Shown here: piece after piece, positions 20,436 to 29,635 of the stretch
Numbering within the stretch: position 1 is the first letter of the stretch
Layout: every line of letters starts with the position of its first letter
Assembly (NCBI GenBank): GCA_963737155.1
Contig: CAVTRN010000002.1
Coordinates: forward strand, 2,752,001 to 2,816,000
Length of the DNA: 64,000 nt
Direction: 5' to 3'
Origin: Nitrospirota bacterium
GTDB taxonomy: Bacteria; Nitrospirota; UBA9217
Program-made: the position numbers and the translations under genes
Notes under the pieces: generated by a model
Databases searched by the model: none
The model's input: the letters and a program-made list of their open reading frames with translations, nothing else
Told to the model about the DNA's origin: nothing

Positions 20436-21347
20436 ATGGCATCGGTATCCCTTAAAACATTCCGCAACCCCCGGTACTGGTATGCCTGGCCGGCTCTGGC
20501 GTTCATGCTCATCATGAGCAGGATGCCAGACCGCGTTCTCTGGTTTATCGGCAATATCGCGGGTGAAATCGCATCCTGGTTCCCCACTCCCAATCGCCAT
20601 TTCGCAGAGCGAAACGTTAAGCTTTGCTTTCCGGACAAAAGGGAAGCGGAGCGCCGACGCATTGTGAAGCGTCATTTTCGTCTGAGCGGATATGCCACTC
20701 TCAGTCTGAGCGTCACTTGGTTTGCCCCCCGATGGAGGGTTGAACGATTCATTACCATCCGCGATCATCACAACATAACTGAAGCATATGCGGGTGGCAA
20801 GAACGTCATCTTGCTGGCGCCGCACTTCATCGGTTTGGATATGGGTGGAATGCGATTGTCCGCGGAACGTAAGTACGTAAGCATGTACCGCAAGGCCCGG
20901 GACCCTCTCCTGGAGTACCTCTTCCTGCAACGCAACCGATTCGGCGCCATTGTGGTAGAACGCATGGCAAATCTAAAACCGATTCTCCGTCTTATCCGCG
21001 AGGGAAGGACGTTCTACTATCTTCCCGACCAGGACATGGGCGAACGCGCCAGCGTTTTCGTTCCATTCTTTGGCATCCCGGCCGCTACGGTCACGACCCT
21101 GAGTCGCATCGCCGAAATGACAAACGCAGCGGTAATCCCCTGCATTACCCACATCCTGCCCAAAGGCGGATACGAAGTCCGCCTGTACCCGCCGCTGGAG
21201 AATTTTCCAACCACTGATCCAACTGCCGATGCTGCGCGCATGAACAGAGAAATCGAACAATGGGTCCGTGAAATGCCGGAACAGTATATGTGGTCCTACC
21301 GTAGGTTCAAGACGAGGCCAAATCGCGAACCCTCACTATATGAATAA
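20436..21347 (+). CDS. Lipid A biosynthesis acyltransferase (LpxL/HtrB family)
   Basis: HFIGLD (HxxxxD), LPDQD, VPFFG, PEQYMWSYRRFKTRP. Confidence 0.92.
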   Translation: MASVSLKTFRNPRYWYAWPALAFMLIMSRMPDRVLWFIGNIAGEIASWFPTPNRHFAERNVKLCFPDKREAERRRIVKRHFRLSGYATLSLSVTWFAPRWRVERFITIRDHHNITEAYAGGKNVILLAPHFIGLDMGGMRLSAERKYVSMYRKARDPLLEYLFLQRNRFGAIVVERMANLKPILRLIREGRTFYYLPDQDMGERASVFVPFFGIPAATVTTLSRIAEMTNAAVIPCITHILPKGGYEVRLYPPLENFPTTDPTADAARMNREIEQWVREMPEQYMWSYRRFKTRPNREPSLYE

Positions 21348-22050
21348 GTGGAAATATATAGATTCCGGCCTGAATTGCGCCGCCCACAACATGGCCGTTG
21401 ACGAGGAATTGCTCGCGCGGGCGCAGGCAGGCGAAACTGCCCCCGTGCTCCGATTCTACTCTTGGGACCCGCCCGCGATTTCCCTCGGCAAGTTCCAAAA
21501 GATCGAGACATCAGTCGATGTCGTAGCCTGCAAACGCCTCGGTTTCGATATCGTGAAACGGATAACAGGCGGAAGGGCTGTGCTGCATCTTCATGAACTC
21601 ACCTACAGCATCGTTGCGCCTCTCGATAATTTCCTATTTCCACCGACCGTACTTGGAACATATAAAGTAATTGCTGACGGCCTCCTTGCAGGCTTGCGCA
21701 ACCTCGGTATTCCGGCGGAAATGGTTTCCCGTAGCGGGCGCAATGCCGCACTGGTGAAGGAAAGCACAACGGCCCCTTCCTGTTTCTCCTCCCCTTCCTG
21801 GTATGAGATCGTGGTCAACGGGAAAAAGATCGTCGGTAGCGCCCAGCGCAGGATGTCGCGTGCTTTCCTGCAGCATGGATCGGTTTTGATCGCTTATGAT
21901 CCTGCGCTTGAGGCGCAAGCTATTCCCGGTGGCGGAACGAGTGCACGCATCACCAGCATTCAAAACGAGATGGGAAGTCCGATATCCCACGAGGAAGTCA
22001 AGCTGGCCTTTAGACTCGGTTTTCAATCAGCCTTTGGCATCCTTTTCTAA
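21340..22050 (+). CDS. Lipoate-protein ligase / octanoyltransferase family protein
   Basis: NMAVDEELL, RITGGRAVLH, KKIVGSAQRR, LQHGS; start set at MNKWKYID. Confidence 0.9.
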   Translation: MNKWKYIDSGLNCAAHNMAVDEELLARAQAGETAPVLRFYSWDPPAISLGKFQKIETSVDVVACKRLGFDIVKRITGGRAVLHLHELTYSIVAPLDNFLFPPTVLGTYKVIADGLLAGLRNLGIPAEMVSRSGRNAALVKESTTAPSCFSSPSWYEIVVNGKKIVGSAQRRMSRAFLQHGSVLIAYDPALEAQAIPGGGTSARITSIQNEMGSPISHEEVKLAFRLGFQSAFGILF

Positions 22051-22247
22051 TCTCGGCTCATCCATTTCCGGCCCTTATGCTTTTTGTAACTGCCCCCTTT
22101 CATACTAAATCTTGACCCGATGACCTGATAAGAGTAAACTTGTTGCATATTCAGGGAGCACATCAATTTTTTAATTCCTTTAAGGTTGGCTTACCCTTTT
22201 GAGAATCTCAAACACAGTTTATAAAATTTCGATAGACAGGTGACCAA

Positions 22248-22463
22248 ATGTCGCTCAAAAAAAGTAGGGGAAAACGCATCCGTTCCAAGAAGATAAAAAC
22301 TCCCCCTTTTTGCAATACTATTTCCGCAATGCAGCCTTCCACCGGGATATATGCCACGGCGGCAGTGAACAGACACCTCGATAACCAGCTTTTTATCGTA
22401 GCCATCGGTGGGCCCGCGGACGGGCTTAAGGCGTTCCAATTGTTCTTCCATGCTGAACGCTGA
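22248..22463 (+). pseudogene. Truncated CheB-methylesterase-like N-terminal fragment
   Basis: LFIVAIGGPADGLKAFQLFF resembles CheB IVGIGASAGGLEA..FF, but the catalytic Ser is lost and the ORF stops early. Confidence 0.45.
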
Positions 22464-22471
22464 TCTTACAC

Positions 22472-25400
22472 ATGGATAAACCCCTTCACATACTCATAAT
22501 CGAGGATTCGGAAGACGATGCATTGCTGATCCTCCGGGAATTGCGTCGCGGCGGCTACAATCCCGTGTCGGAACGCGTCGATACAGCTGATGCCATGAAA
22601 GCGGCCCTTCAGCGAGTTGATTGGGACCTCATTGTTTCGGACTACCTCATGCCGCATTTCAGCGGCCTAGCTGCCCTGAATATTTTGACGGAAAGCGAAA
22701 TTGATATCCCCTTTATCATCGTTTCCGGCAATATCGGCGAGGACATCGCCGTTAATGCGATGAGGGCCGGAGCCCACGATTATATTATCAAAGGAAACAT
22801 AGCCAGATTTCTTCCCGCCGTTGCCCGGGAAATGCGCGATGCGGAAACGCGCCGCGCGCGCAAAGAGACGGAAGAGCAACTCATAGAGTCGCGGCAAAGG
22901 TTCTTTGAAACACTGGAAACCATCAATGAAGGTTTCTTCACCCTGGACCGTGAATGGCGGTTTTCTTATGTGAACGCCGAGGCGGCAAGGCTCTGGAAAA
23001 AAAGGCGCGAGGAACTGCTCGGTAGAAACTTCTGGGATGTGGAACCTGCGGCAATCGGTACCCGATTTGACGAACAATACCACCGGGCCATCAGGGAACA
23101 AGTTCCGGTCATGTTCGAAGCGGTGTCTCCCCTGCTGGACTTCTGGGTCGAGGTGCGAGCTTATCCGAATGCAGACGGTCTCGCCGTCTATTTCCATGAC
23201 ATCTCCGAGCGGAAAGAAACCGAAAGCCGCATCAAGGTGACTAATGACTTGCTCACGCTTTATGCGCGAAACCTGAATCGTAAGGAATACCTTGACGCGG
23301 CCATCGAATTGATCCATGCTTGGAGCGGCTGCAGCCATGTCGGCGTGAGAGTCACCGACATATCCGGCAAGTTTCCCTTCGAGTCGTGCAGGGGCTACTC
23401 CGCCGCCTTTCTCGAAAACGAGGGAACGCTCTCGCTGTCTGCGGACAGCTGTATCTGCACGCGGGTATCCCTCGGGGCCACGGAATATCAGGACGTCCGG
23501 GCCATGACACCCCGTGGATCTTTCTATTCGAATAATACATTAAAGTTCATGATGGACCTTACCGCCGAAGAACGGATGAGGTACCGGGGGCACTGCATGC
23601 GAAACGAGTACACATCGCTTGCCGTCATACCTATCCAGCACCGCAACAGCGTGGTCGGAGCCATCCATCTTGCCGATGAGCGACCCGATATGGTCCGCCT
23701 TGCGAAGGTTGAATTCCTGGAGCACCTTGCTCATATCATCGGCGAGGCGATCCTGCGGTTCAACATCGAAGAAGAGCTCCGGGCCAACTACACAACCCTC
23801 CACAAGACTACCGAGCTACTGGAACGTATTTTTTCCACGACCCACATGCTCGTCGCCTACCTGGATAAGGACTTTAATTTCGTCCGTGTGAACCGCGCAT
23901 ATGCTGATGCAGAAAACCACGAACCAGAGTATTATGTTGGAAAAAATTTCCTCGCGCTCCGCCCTGGCAAAGAGATTGAGGAAATTTTCCGCAAAATAGT
24001 GGTTTCCGGGGAACCGTACCAAGCCTTTGAGCGTTCATTCGACCATAAGGAACAGACCGATGAAGAAACCAGATTCTGGGACTGGAGCCTACTGCCGGTC
24101 AAGGAAGCGGACGGCTCTTTAAGCGGACTGATTCTTACGCTCGTCGACGTCACCCAGCGCAAGAAAGCTGAGGACAGTCTGAAGCGGGCTGGCGCCTACA
24201 ACCGAAGCCTGATCGAAGCTAGCCTCGATCCCTTAGTCACCATCGATCCGGACGGGAAAATCACCGACGTCAATGCGGCCACCGAAGCGATGACAGGACT
24301 GACGCGAGAAAAACTCATCGGAACCGACTTTTCCGCATATTTTTCGGAACCCGAAAAAGCGCGGTCGGGATTTCTACAGGCCTTCCAGAATGGCTCCGTC
24401 AGGGACTATGCCCTCGATATCCGGAACGAAAAGGGGCGCCTAACTCCAGTTCTCTACAATGCATCTCTCTATCGCGACGAAACCGGGAAAATAGGAGGTC
24501 TTTTCGCGGCTGCACGTGACGTCACAGAACTCAGGGAAAACGAACGAAGAACCACGGTCATCAACAGCCTATTGAAACTATTCGCCCAGACCTCTTCCCG
24601 AAAGGAGTACCTCAAGGAGGCCTTAGCGATCATCCGCGCGTGGAGCGGTTGCCTTTATGCGGGCATGCGGGAAACGGATCGGGAGAGAAACATCCCGTAT
24701 ACGGTGCACTCTGGTTTTGATGAGCGGTTCATCGAAACTGAGAATCTGCTCTCACTCGACCGCGACCATTGCGTGTGCACGCGAGTTGTAACAGGCGCGC
24801 CTTACCCGCTGGACAGCTCCGCCATGACCAAAAATGGGTCATTCTACTACAACAACTCCGTGGAATACGTAAACAGCCTCCCGCCTGAACAGCGGAAAAT
24901 GTACCGCGGCCTTTGTCAGCAAAGAGGCTTCCTGTCCATTGCCGTGGTCCCCATCCGGTACCGTGATGCGATCTTGGGGGCGCTCCATATCGCCGACGAA
25001 CGGGAGGGAATGGTCCCCGAGCAATCGGTCGAATTTCTTGAGCGGATCGCTCTTATCATTGGGGAGGCGCTTTACCGTTTCGGCATCGAGGAGGAGCAGG
25101 TGCGCCTCGCATCGGCGCTGCAATCCTCGGCAGATGCCGTCGTCATAACCGAGCCCCAGTCGGGCGCGATCCAGTACGTGAACCATGCATTCGAAGTCAT
25201 AACAGGATACACTAAAAATGAGACGCTGGGCCGGACGCTTCATTTCCTTGAAAGCGACAGGAACAGCGAGGAGCACTACCGCAAACTTCGCGAGGCGCTG
25301 CGTCGGGACGGTGTATGGCGCGGACAGCTCGTGAACAAGAGAAAGGATGGATCGCTTTATTTTGAAGACTGCACGTTTTCCCCAGTCAGGGACTCTTCAG

Positions 25401-26158
25401 GACAGATCATCAATTTCGTATCGGTGAGGCGCGACGTGACGGAAAAGCTCCGGCTCGAGGCGATCGCCGAGTCGGTGAACACGATGGATAACATCGGTTA
25501 CGTGTTTTCAGGAGTGCGTCACGAGATCGGGAACCCGATTAACTCCGCGAAAATGAGCCTCAACGTCCTGCAGCGCAAACTGGATACCGCCTCGAAAGAG
25601 GTTATCAAGGACTATGTTGAGCGGGCACTCAGCGAGATCGGGCGGGTGGAACAACTGCTGAAGAACCTGCGAAATTACAATCTCTATGAGACTCCGGACT
25701 TGCAGAACATGGACCTGAACGCCTTCATTCAGAAATTTTTCCAGCTTGTTAACGAAGATTTTGCGCAAAAAGGCATTGTCTTGAGGCACGAAGTCCATAG
25801 GGATGCTGAATGGGTAGTTGCGGACCCGCGAGCGCTGCAACAGGTGCTCCTTAATCTTTTTACGAACGCCGCCGATGCGCTCACGGGCAGGCCTTCGCCC
25901 GAAATCGTGGTTACCATCTTGAATAAATTCGGCCAAGTCCTTCTTCAGATTGCGGACAACGGCAGCGGCATCACTGAGAAACAGCAGCAGTCCTTGTTCA
26001 AACCATTCTATACATCGAAGCCCCACGGCACTGGCCTCGGGCTCGTAATTGTGAGGAAAATGGTGGTGCGAATGCACGGCAAAATCGAGCTTTCAAGCAC
26101 CCCGGGCCAGGGGACAATGGTTAACATCTATTTGCCGGAGGGACACGATGCGGCCTAG
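22472..26158 (+). CDS. Hybrid sensor histidine kinase (REC-PAS-GAF-PAS-PAS-GAF-PAS-HisKA-HATPase)
   Basis: N-terminal REC, several PAS domains, H-box RHEIGNP, N/G boxes NAADA, DNGSG, GTGLGL. Confidence 0.93.
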   Translation: MDKPLHILIIEDSEDDALLILRELRRGGYNPVSERVDTADAMKAALQRVDWDLIVSDYLMPHFSGLAALNILTESEIDIPFIIVSGNIGEDIAVNAMRAGAHDYIIKGNIARFLPAVAREMRDAETRRARKETEEQLIESRQRFFETLETINEGFFTLDREWRFSYVNAEAARLWKKRREELLGRNFWDVEPAAIGTRFDEQYHRAIREQVPVMFEAVSPLLDFWVEVRAYPNADGLAVYFHDISERKETESRIKVTNDLLTLYARNLNRKEYLDAAIELIHAWSGCSHVGVRVTDISGKFPFESCRGYSAAFLENEGTLSLSADSCICTRVSLGATEYQDVRAMTPRGSFYSNNTLKFMMDLTAEERMRYRGHCMRNEYTSLAVIPIQHRNSVVGAIHLADERPDMVRLAKVEFLEHLAHIIGEAILRFNIEEELRANYTTLHKTTELLERIFSTTHMLVAYLDKDFNFVRVNRAYADAENHEPEYYVGKNFLALRPGKEIEEIFRKIVVSGEPYQAFERSFDHKEQTDEETRFWDWSLLPVKEADGSLSGLILTLVDVTQRKKAEDSLKRAGAYNRSLIEASLDPLVTIDPDGKITDVNAATEAMTGLTREKLIGTDFSAYFSEPEKARSGFLQAFQNGSVRDYALDIRNEKGRLTPVLYNASLYRDETGKIGGLFAAARDVTELRENERRTTVINSLLKLFAQTSSRKEYLKEALAIIRAWSGCLYAGMRETDRERNIPYTVHSGFDERFIETENLLSLDRDHCVCTRVVTGAPYPLDSSAMTKNGSFYYNNSVEYVNSLPPEQRKMYRGLCQQRGFLSIAVVPIRYRDAILGALHIADEREGMVPEQSVEFLERIALIIGEALYRFGIEEEQVRLASALQSSADAVVITEPQSGAIQYVNHAFEVITGYTKNETLGRTLHFLESDRNSEEHYRKLREALRRDGVWRGQLVNKRKDGSLYFEDCTFSPVRDSSGQIINFVSVRRDVTEKLRLEAIAESVNTMDNIGYVFSGVRHEIGNPINSAKMSLNVLQRKLDTASKEVIKDYVERALSEIGRVEQLLKNLRNYNLYETPDLQNMDLNAFIQKFFQLVNEDFAQKGIVLRHEVHRDAEWVVADPRALQQVLLNLFTNAADALTGRPSPEIVVTILNKFGQVLLQIADNGSGITEKQQQSLFKPFYTSKPHGTGLGLVIVRKMVVRMHGKIELSSTPGQGTMVNIYLPEGHDAA

Positions 26159-27503
26159 CAGCAGAAAAACACTCCTTATCATCGACGACGAGAAAGTATT
26201 CAGCAACACCGTCCGCGACTACCTCGAGAACGAACGGCTTGAAGTAATCGTGGCTCATACGGGCGCCGAGGGGCTTGCGGCTTGCTCTTCCCGGAAGGTG
26301 GACGTTGTGCTCCTTGACCAAAAACTGCCGGACGGCGAAGGCCACGCTTTGGCGCCGGCCATTCTCGAAAAGAACGACCAGACCAAAATTATCTTTATCA
26401 CTGCCTTCCCCAGCTTCGAGAACGCCGTGACGGCCGTTCGTCTCGGGGCCCATGATTATCTGTCCAAGCCATTCGATATCGAGGAACTTAGGCTCACTAT
26501 TGAAAACACCCTTCGCACGCTGGATCTCGAGCGGGTTGAACAGATACAGAACTATGCCCGCGACAAGGAGCGCGAAGCCTCGGTCATTGTCGGGAGCAGC
26601 GATGCCTTCGGCGAAGTGGTGCGTCTTGTGGACATGGCAGCGGCCATGGACGGTGCGGTTCTGATCACCGGTGAGACCGGCACGGGCAAAAACCTAGTTG
26701 CTAAAACTATCCACTACAAGAGCGCATTCGCCCGATCGGCCTTCATCAGCATCAACTGCGCGGCCTTGCCAGACAACCTGATAGAAGCAGAACTCTTCGG
26801 CTACGAGAAAGGGGCCTTTACGGGAGCGACAGGCACAAAAAAAGGGCTCTTTGAAATCGCTGACGGCGGGACAGTGTTCCTCGATGAAATCGGCGACATG
26901 CCTCTCCATCTACAATCAAAACTCCTGAGCGTACTCGAGGACAAAATGGTTCGCCGCATTGGCAGTACCACGGTTACCCCTGTAAGCATCCGCATCATAG
27001 CCGCGACGAATGCCGAACTGGAAAGCGTCCTTGGCAAAACCTTCCGCAAGGACCTCTACTTTCGTCTCAGTGTGGTCCGTATTCATGTTCCTCCACTGCG
27101 GGAACATAAGGCGGACATTCAAGCGCTCTGCTCCTATCTCCTCGCCCACATCGCCGGGGGACGGGCCATCGAACTGCCGGCCGCCGAAATCAACAAACTC
27201 AAGGAGTACGATTGGCCAGGGAACGTACGTGAACTCAGGAATGTTCTGGAACGGGCGCTGTTCCTGCGAAAAGGCTCCATTATCACACCATCCCAGTTGA
27301 TCCAAAGATCAACCGCTGTGCCGCAATCCATGGCACAGAATCAGCCTTCGTCCGGGGAAATCAAAACACTCGCCCAAGCGGAGCGAGAACTCATCCAAAA
27401 CGCGCTCTTATTGCTGAATGGCAATCTTACCCAGAGCGCCAAAGCCCTCGGAATATCCCTGTCCACGCTTAAAAGAAAGTCAAAAGAATACGGCCTAAAA
27501 TGA
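26148..27503 (+). CDS. Sigma54-dependent response regulator (REC-AAA+-Fis HTH)
   Basis: GETGTGKN, intact GAFTGA, WPGNVRELRN; overlaps the kinase stop. Confidence 0.94.
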   Translation: MRPSSRKTLLIIDDEKVFSNTVRDYLENERLEVIVAHTGAEGLAACSSRKVDVVLLDQKLPDGEGHALAPAILEKNDQTKIIFITAFPSFENAVTAVRLGAHDYLSKPFDIEELRLTIENTLRTLDLERVEQIQNYARDKEREASVIVGSSDAFGEVVRLVDMAAAMDGAVLITGETGTGKNLVAKTIHYKSAFARSAFISINCAALPDNLIEAELFGYEKGAFTGATGTKKGLFEIADGGTVFLDEIGDMPLHLQSKLLSVLEDKMVRRIGSTTVTPVSIRIIAATNAELESVLGKTFRKDLYFRLSVVRIHVPPLREHKADIQALCSYLLAHIAGGRAIELPAAEINKLKEYDWPGNVRELRNVLERALFLRKGSIITPSQLIQRSTAVPQSMAQNQPSSGEIKTLAQAERELIQNALLLLNGNLTQSAKALGISLSTLKRKSKEYGLK

Positions 27504-27607
27504 ACCCCCCATTCAATTTGAACCAGTCAGAATAGATGACTATTTCTCTCCTTTTTCCCCCTCTGAAGCAACCCTCTGATAAATAAAAAATTTTTTTGGC
27601 GTTTTTT

Positions 27608-27623
27608 TGGCATTTTCTTTGCT
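27608..27623 (+). promoter_or_regulatory. Sigma54 -24/-12 promoter
   Basis: TGGCAT-TTTCT-TTGCT matches TGGCAC-N5-TTGC, 100 bp upstream of the sigma factor gene. Confidence 0.8.
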
Positions 27624-27722
27624 TTAAACAATTCGCGCGGAGCCGACCGAATAGACGGTTAATATATTGTTAATAAACAACCGCGGAAACCGAAGTGAAA
27701 TATCATCACGAAGGGGGTCAGT

Positions 27723-28715
27723 ATGAGAACGAGTACTGCAGTAACATTCGAAGACGAAGCGGTACAGGACCAGTTCATGGTAGATGCTTGGGATGATGAA
27801 AACGAGCATGAAGTAGCCGTGGAAGAAGGCCATGGGCAGAACACGCGGTTCCCGACAAAGCGCAAACGCGTCGGAACGATCGAAATGGACCCGGACACGG
27901 TAAAACTGTACCTTCAGGATATACGAAAAACACCCCTGCTCACATTCGAGGAAGAGCAGGCGCTGGCAAAACGAGTTCAGGAGGGAGACCAGGAAGCGCG
28001 CAGCAGGATGATTCAATCGAATCTTCGCCTCGTTGTCTCCATAGGCAAGCGTTATATCAACCGTGGTCTCCCTTTCTCCGACATCATCGAAGAGGGAAAC
28101 CTTGGCCTCATCAGGGCCGTCGAGAAGTTCCGGTACGAGCGGGGCTTCAGGTTCAGCACCTATGCATCGTGGTGGATTCGCCAGTCCATCGAACGGGCCA
28201 TCGCCAACCAGGTTCGCATCATTCGTCTCCCGGTCCATGTTGCGGAACTGGCCAATGCCTATTCCCGTACAGTCCGGAAACTGACACAGGAGCTCGGACG
28301 GGAGCCGTTTAATGAAGAAGTGGCGAAGAAGATGAAGATCAGTCTCAACCGCGTAAGGGCGCTATCCCAGGTCACCCGGGAAACTTATTCGCTTGACATG
28401 CTCATCAGCGGCGAAGGAGATGAAACACTCAAGGACGTACTGAGTGACGAGAACACGCCGTCGCCTTCCGCAACGAGCGATGAACGTCTTCGCCGCCAGT
28501 ATCTCGGCGAGTGGATATCCGGGCTACCGGCCACAGAACGCAGCATAATTGAAATGCGCTATGGCTTAAATCACACAGCGCAGCGTACCCTTGACAGCAT
28601 CGGTAGGCAGTTCGGTATAACGCGCGAGCGGGTAAGACAGATAGAAAACCAGGCGATACGGAAACTCCGTAACTACACCCGGTCTAAGAACATTGAGCTG
28701 AGCGATATGATGTAA
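27723..28715 (+). CDS. rpoS: Sigma70 group 2 factor, RpoS-like
   Basis: NLRLVVSIGKRY, RFSTYASWWIRQSIERAIANQ, GITRERVRQIE; lacks region 1.1. Confidence 0.75.
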   Translation: MRTSTAVTFEDEAVQDQFMVDAWDDENEHEVAVEEGHGQNTRFPTKRKRVGTIEMDPDTVKLYLQDIRKTPLLTFEEEQALAKRVQEGDQEARSRMIQSNLRLVVSIGKRYINRGLPFSDIIEEGNLGLIRAVEKFRYERGFRFSTYASWWIRQSIERAIANQVRIIRLPVHVAELANAYSRTVRKLTQELGREPFNEEVAKKMKISLNRVRALSQVTRETYSLDMLISGEGDETLKDVLSDENTPSPSATSDERLRRQYLGEWISGLPATERSIIEMRYGLNHTAQRTLDSIGRQFGITRERVRQIENQAIRKLRNYTRSKNIELSDMM

Positions 28716-28805
28716 AAACACTGCGGGGGCGAAATCAGGGCCTGCTCAAATGCCCCAAGGTCCTCAACCCTGGATCAAAGAAGCAGAGATGCGGGATAGT
28801 GAACC

Positions 28806-29237
28806 ATGAATTATGAGGGGAATACAGCAACTATCGTGGAGCCGAAGACTTTGGCTCCTGGCAATACAATCAGGAAGACTATTCTGATTGTTGACGATGA
28901 CAATGTCTTCGCGTCCTCTCTTGCCGAGGGGCTTACAAGCGTGGAGGAAGAGTGGACGGTAACGGTATACACCGCGGAAAATGGTGATCAGGCCTCCGCG
29001 ATCCTCAAGGAGGTAGCCGTGGATCTGCTCATCACGGACCTTCGCATGCCTGTCATGGGAGGACTGGAATTGACGCTTCGGGTAAACGAGCTTCTGCCCT
29101 CCGTGCCAGTAATCGTATTAAGCGCCTATGCCGACATCAGCACGATTCTCGAACTTGAAACGCAGGGCAATTATTTTTTCGACAAACCCATAAACTTTGA
29201 CATACTGCTTAGTACAATCCGTGCGCTCCTGCTTTAA
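28806..29237 (+). CDS. Single-domain response regulator
   Basis: ILIVDDD, TDLRMP, KP motif. Confidence 0.88.
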   Translation: MNYEGNTATIVEPKTLAPGNTIRKTILIVDDDNVFASSLAEGLTSVEEEWTVTVYTAENGDQASAILKEVAVDLLITDLRMPVMGGLELTLRVNELLPSVPVIVLSAYADISTILELETQGNYFFDKPINFDILLSTIRALLL

Positions 29238-29635
29238 TATTTTTAAATATCCAGACTCGTCATGAATGTGGCGAATATTAGCCAGACAAGCCGAATCGAA
29301 GAAAGAAGTATAAATCACGGCTAATTTAGAAAAATCCTAGGTATCATCCCTAAGCGATCCTTCCGGTGTCAGGTCTTCCCCTTTAGTCAGAAAAGGGTAT
29401 CCGTTTGCCCTAGATCTTTTCTCCACATCAGTTTTTCCTTATCACGTAGAGTTTACCTCTGCCCCTGCTAGAAACTTCTCCTCACTAACCAGCAGTTCTG
29501 ATATAATGATACACAACGATATTAGAAGAGCTAAAGCATTAAACGCCTCAGATCCGTTACGGAATTTTACCAATATTCACGTGGCGCAGACTGCTTGAAG
29601 CGACATGACAAATTCCAGTTCCCCCAGGTGGTGCG

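Noticed and set aside
29335-29415. GGGCAAAC and CCGGAAGGA on the minus strand resembling a c-di-GMP-I riboswitch or SRP RNA
   Set aside because: Lacks the GACGCAAAGC/GNRA-receptor elements and the SRP AGCAG motif
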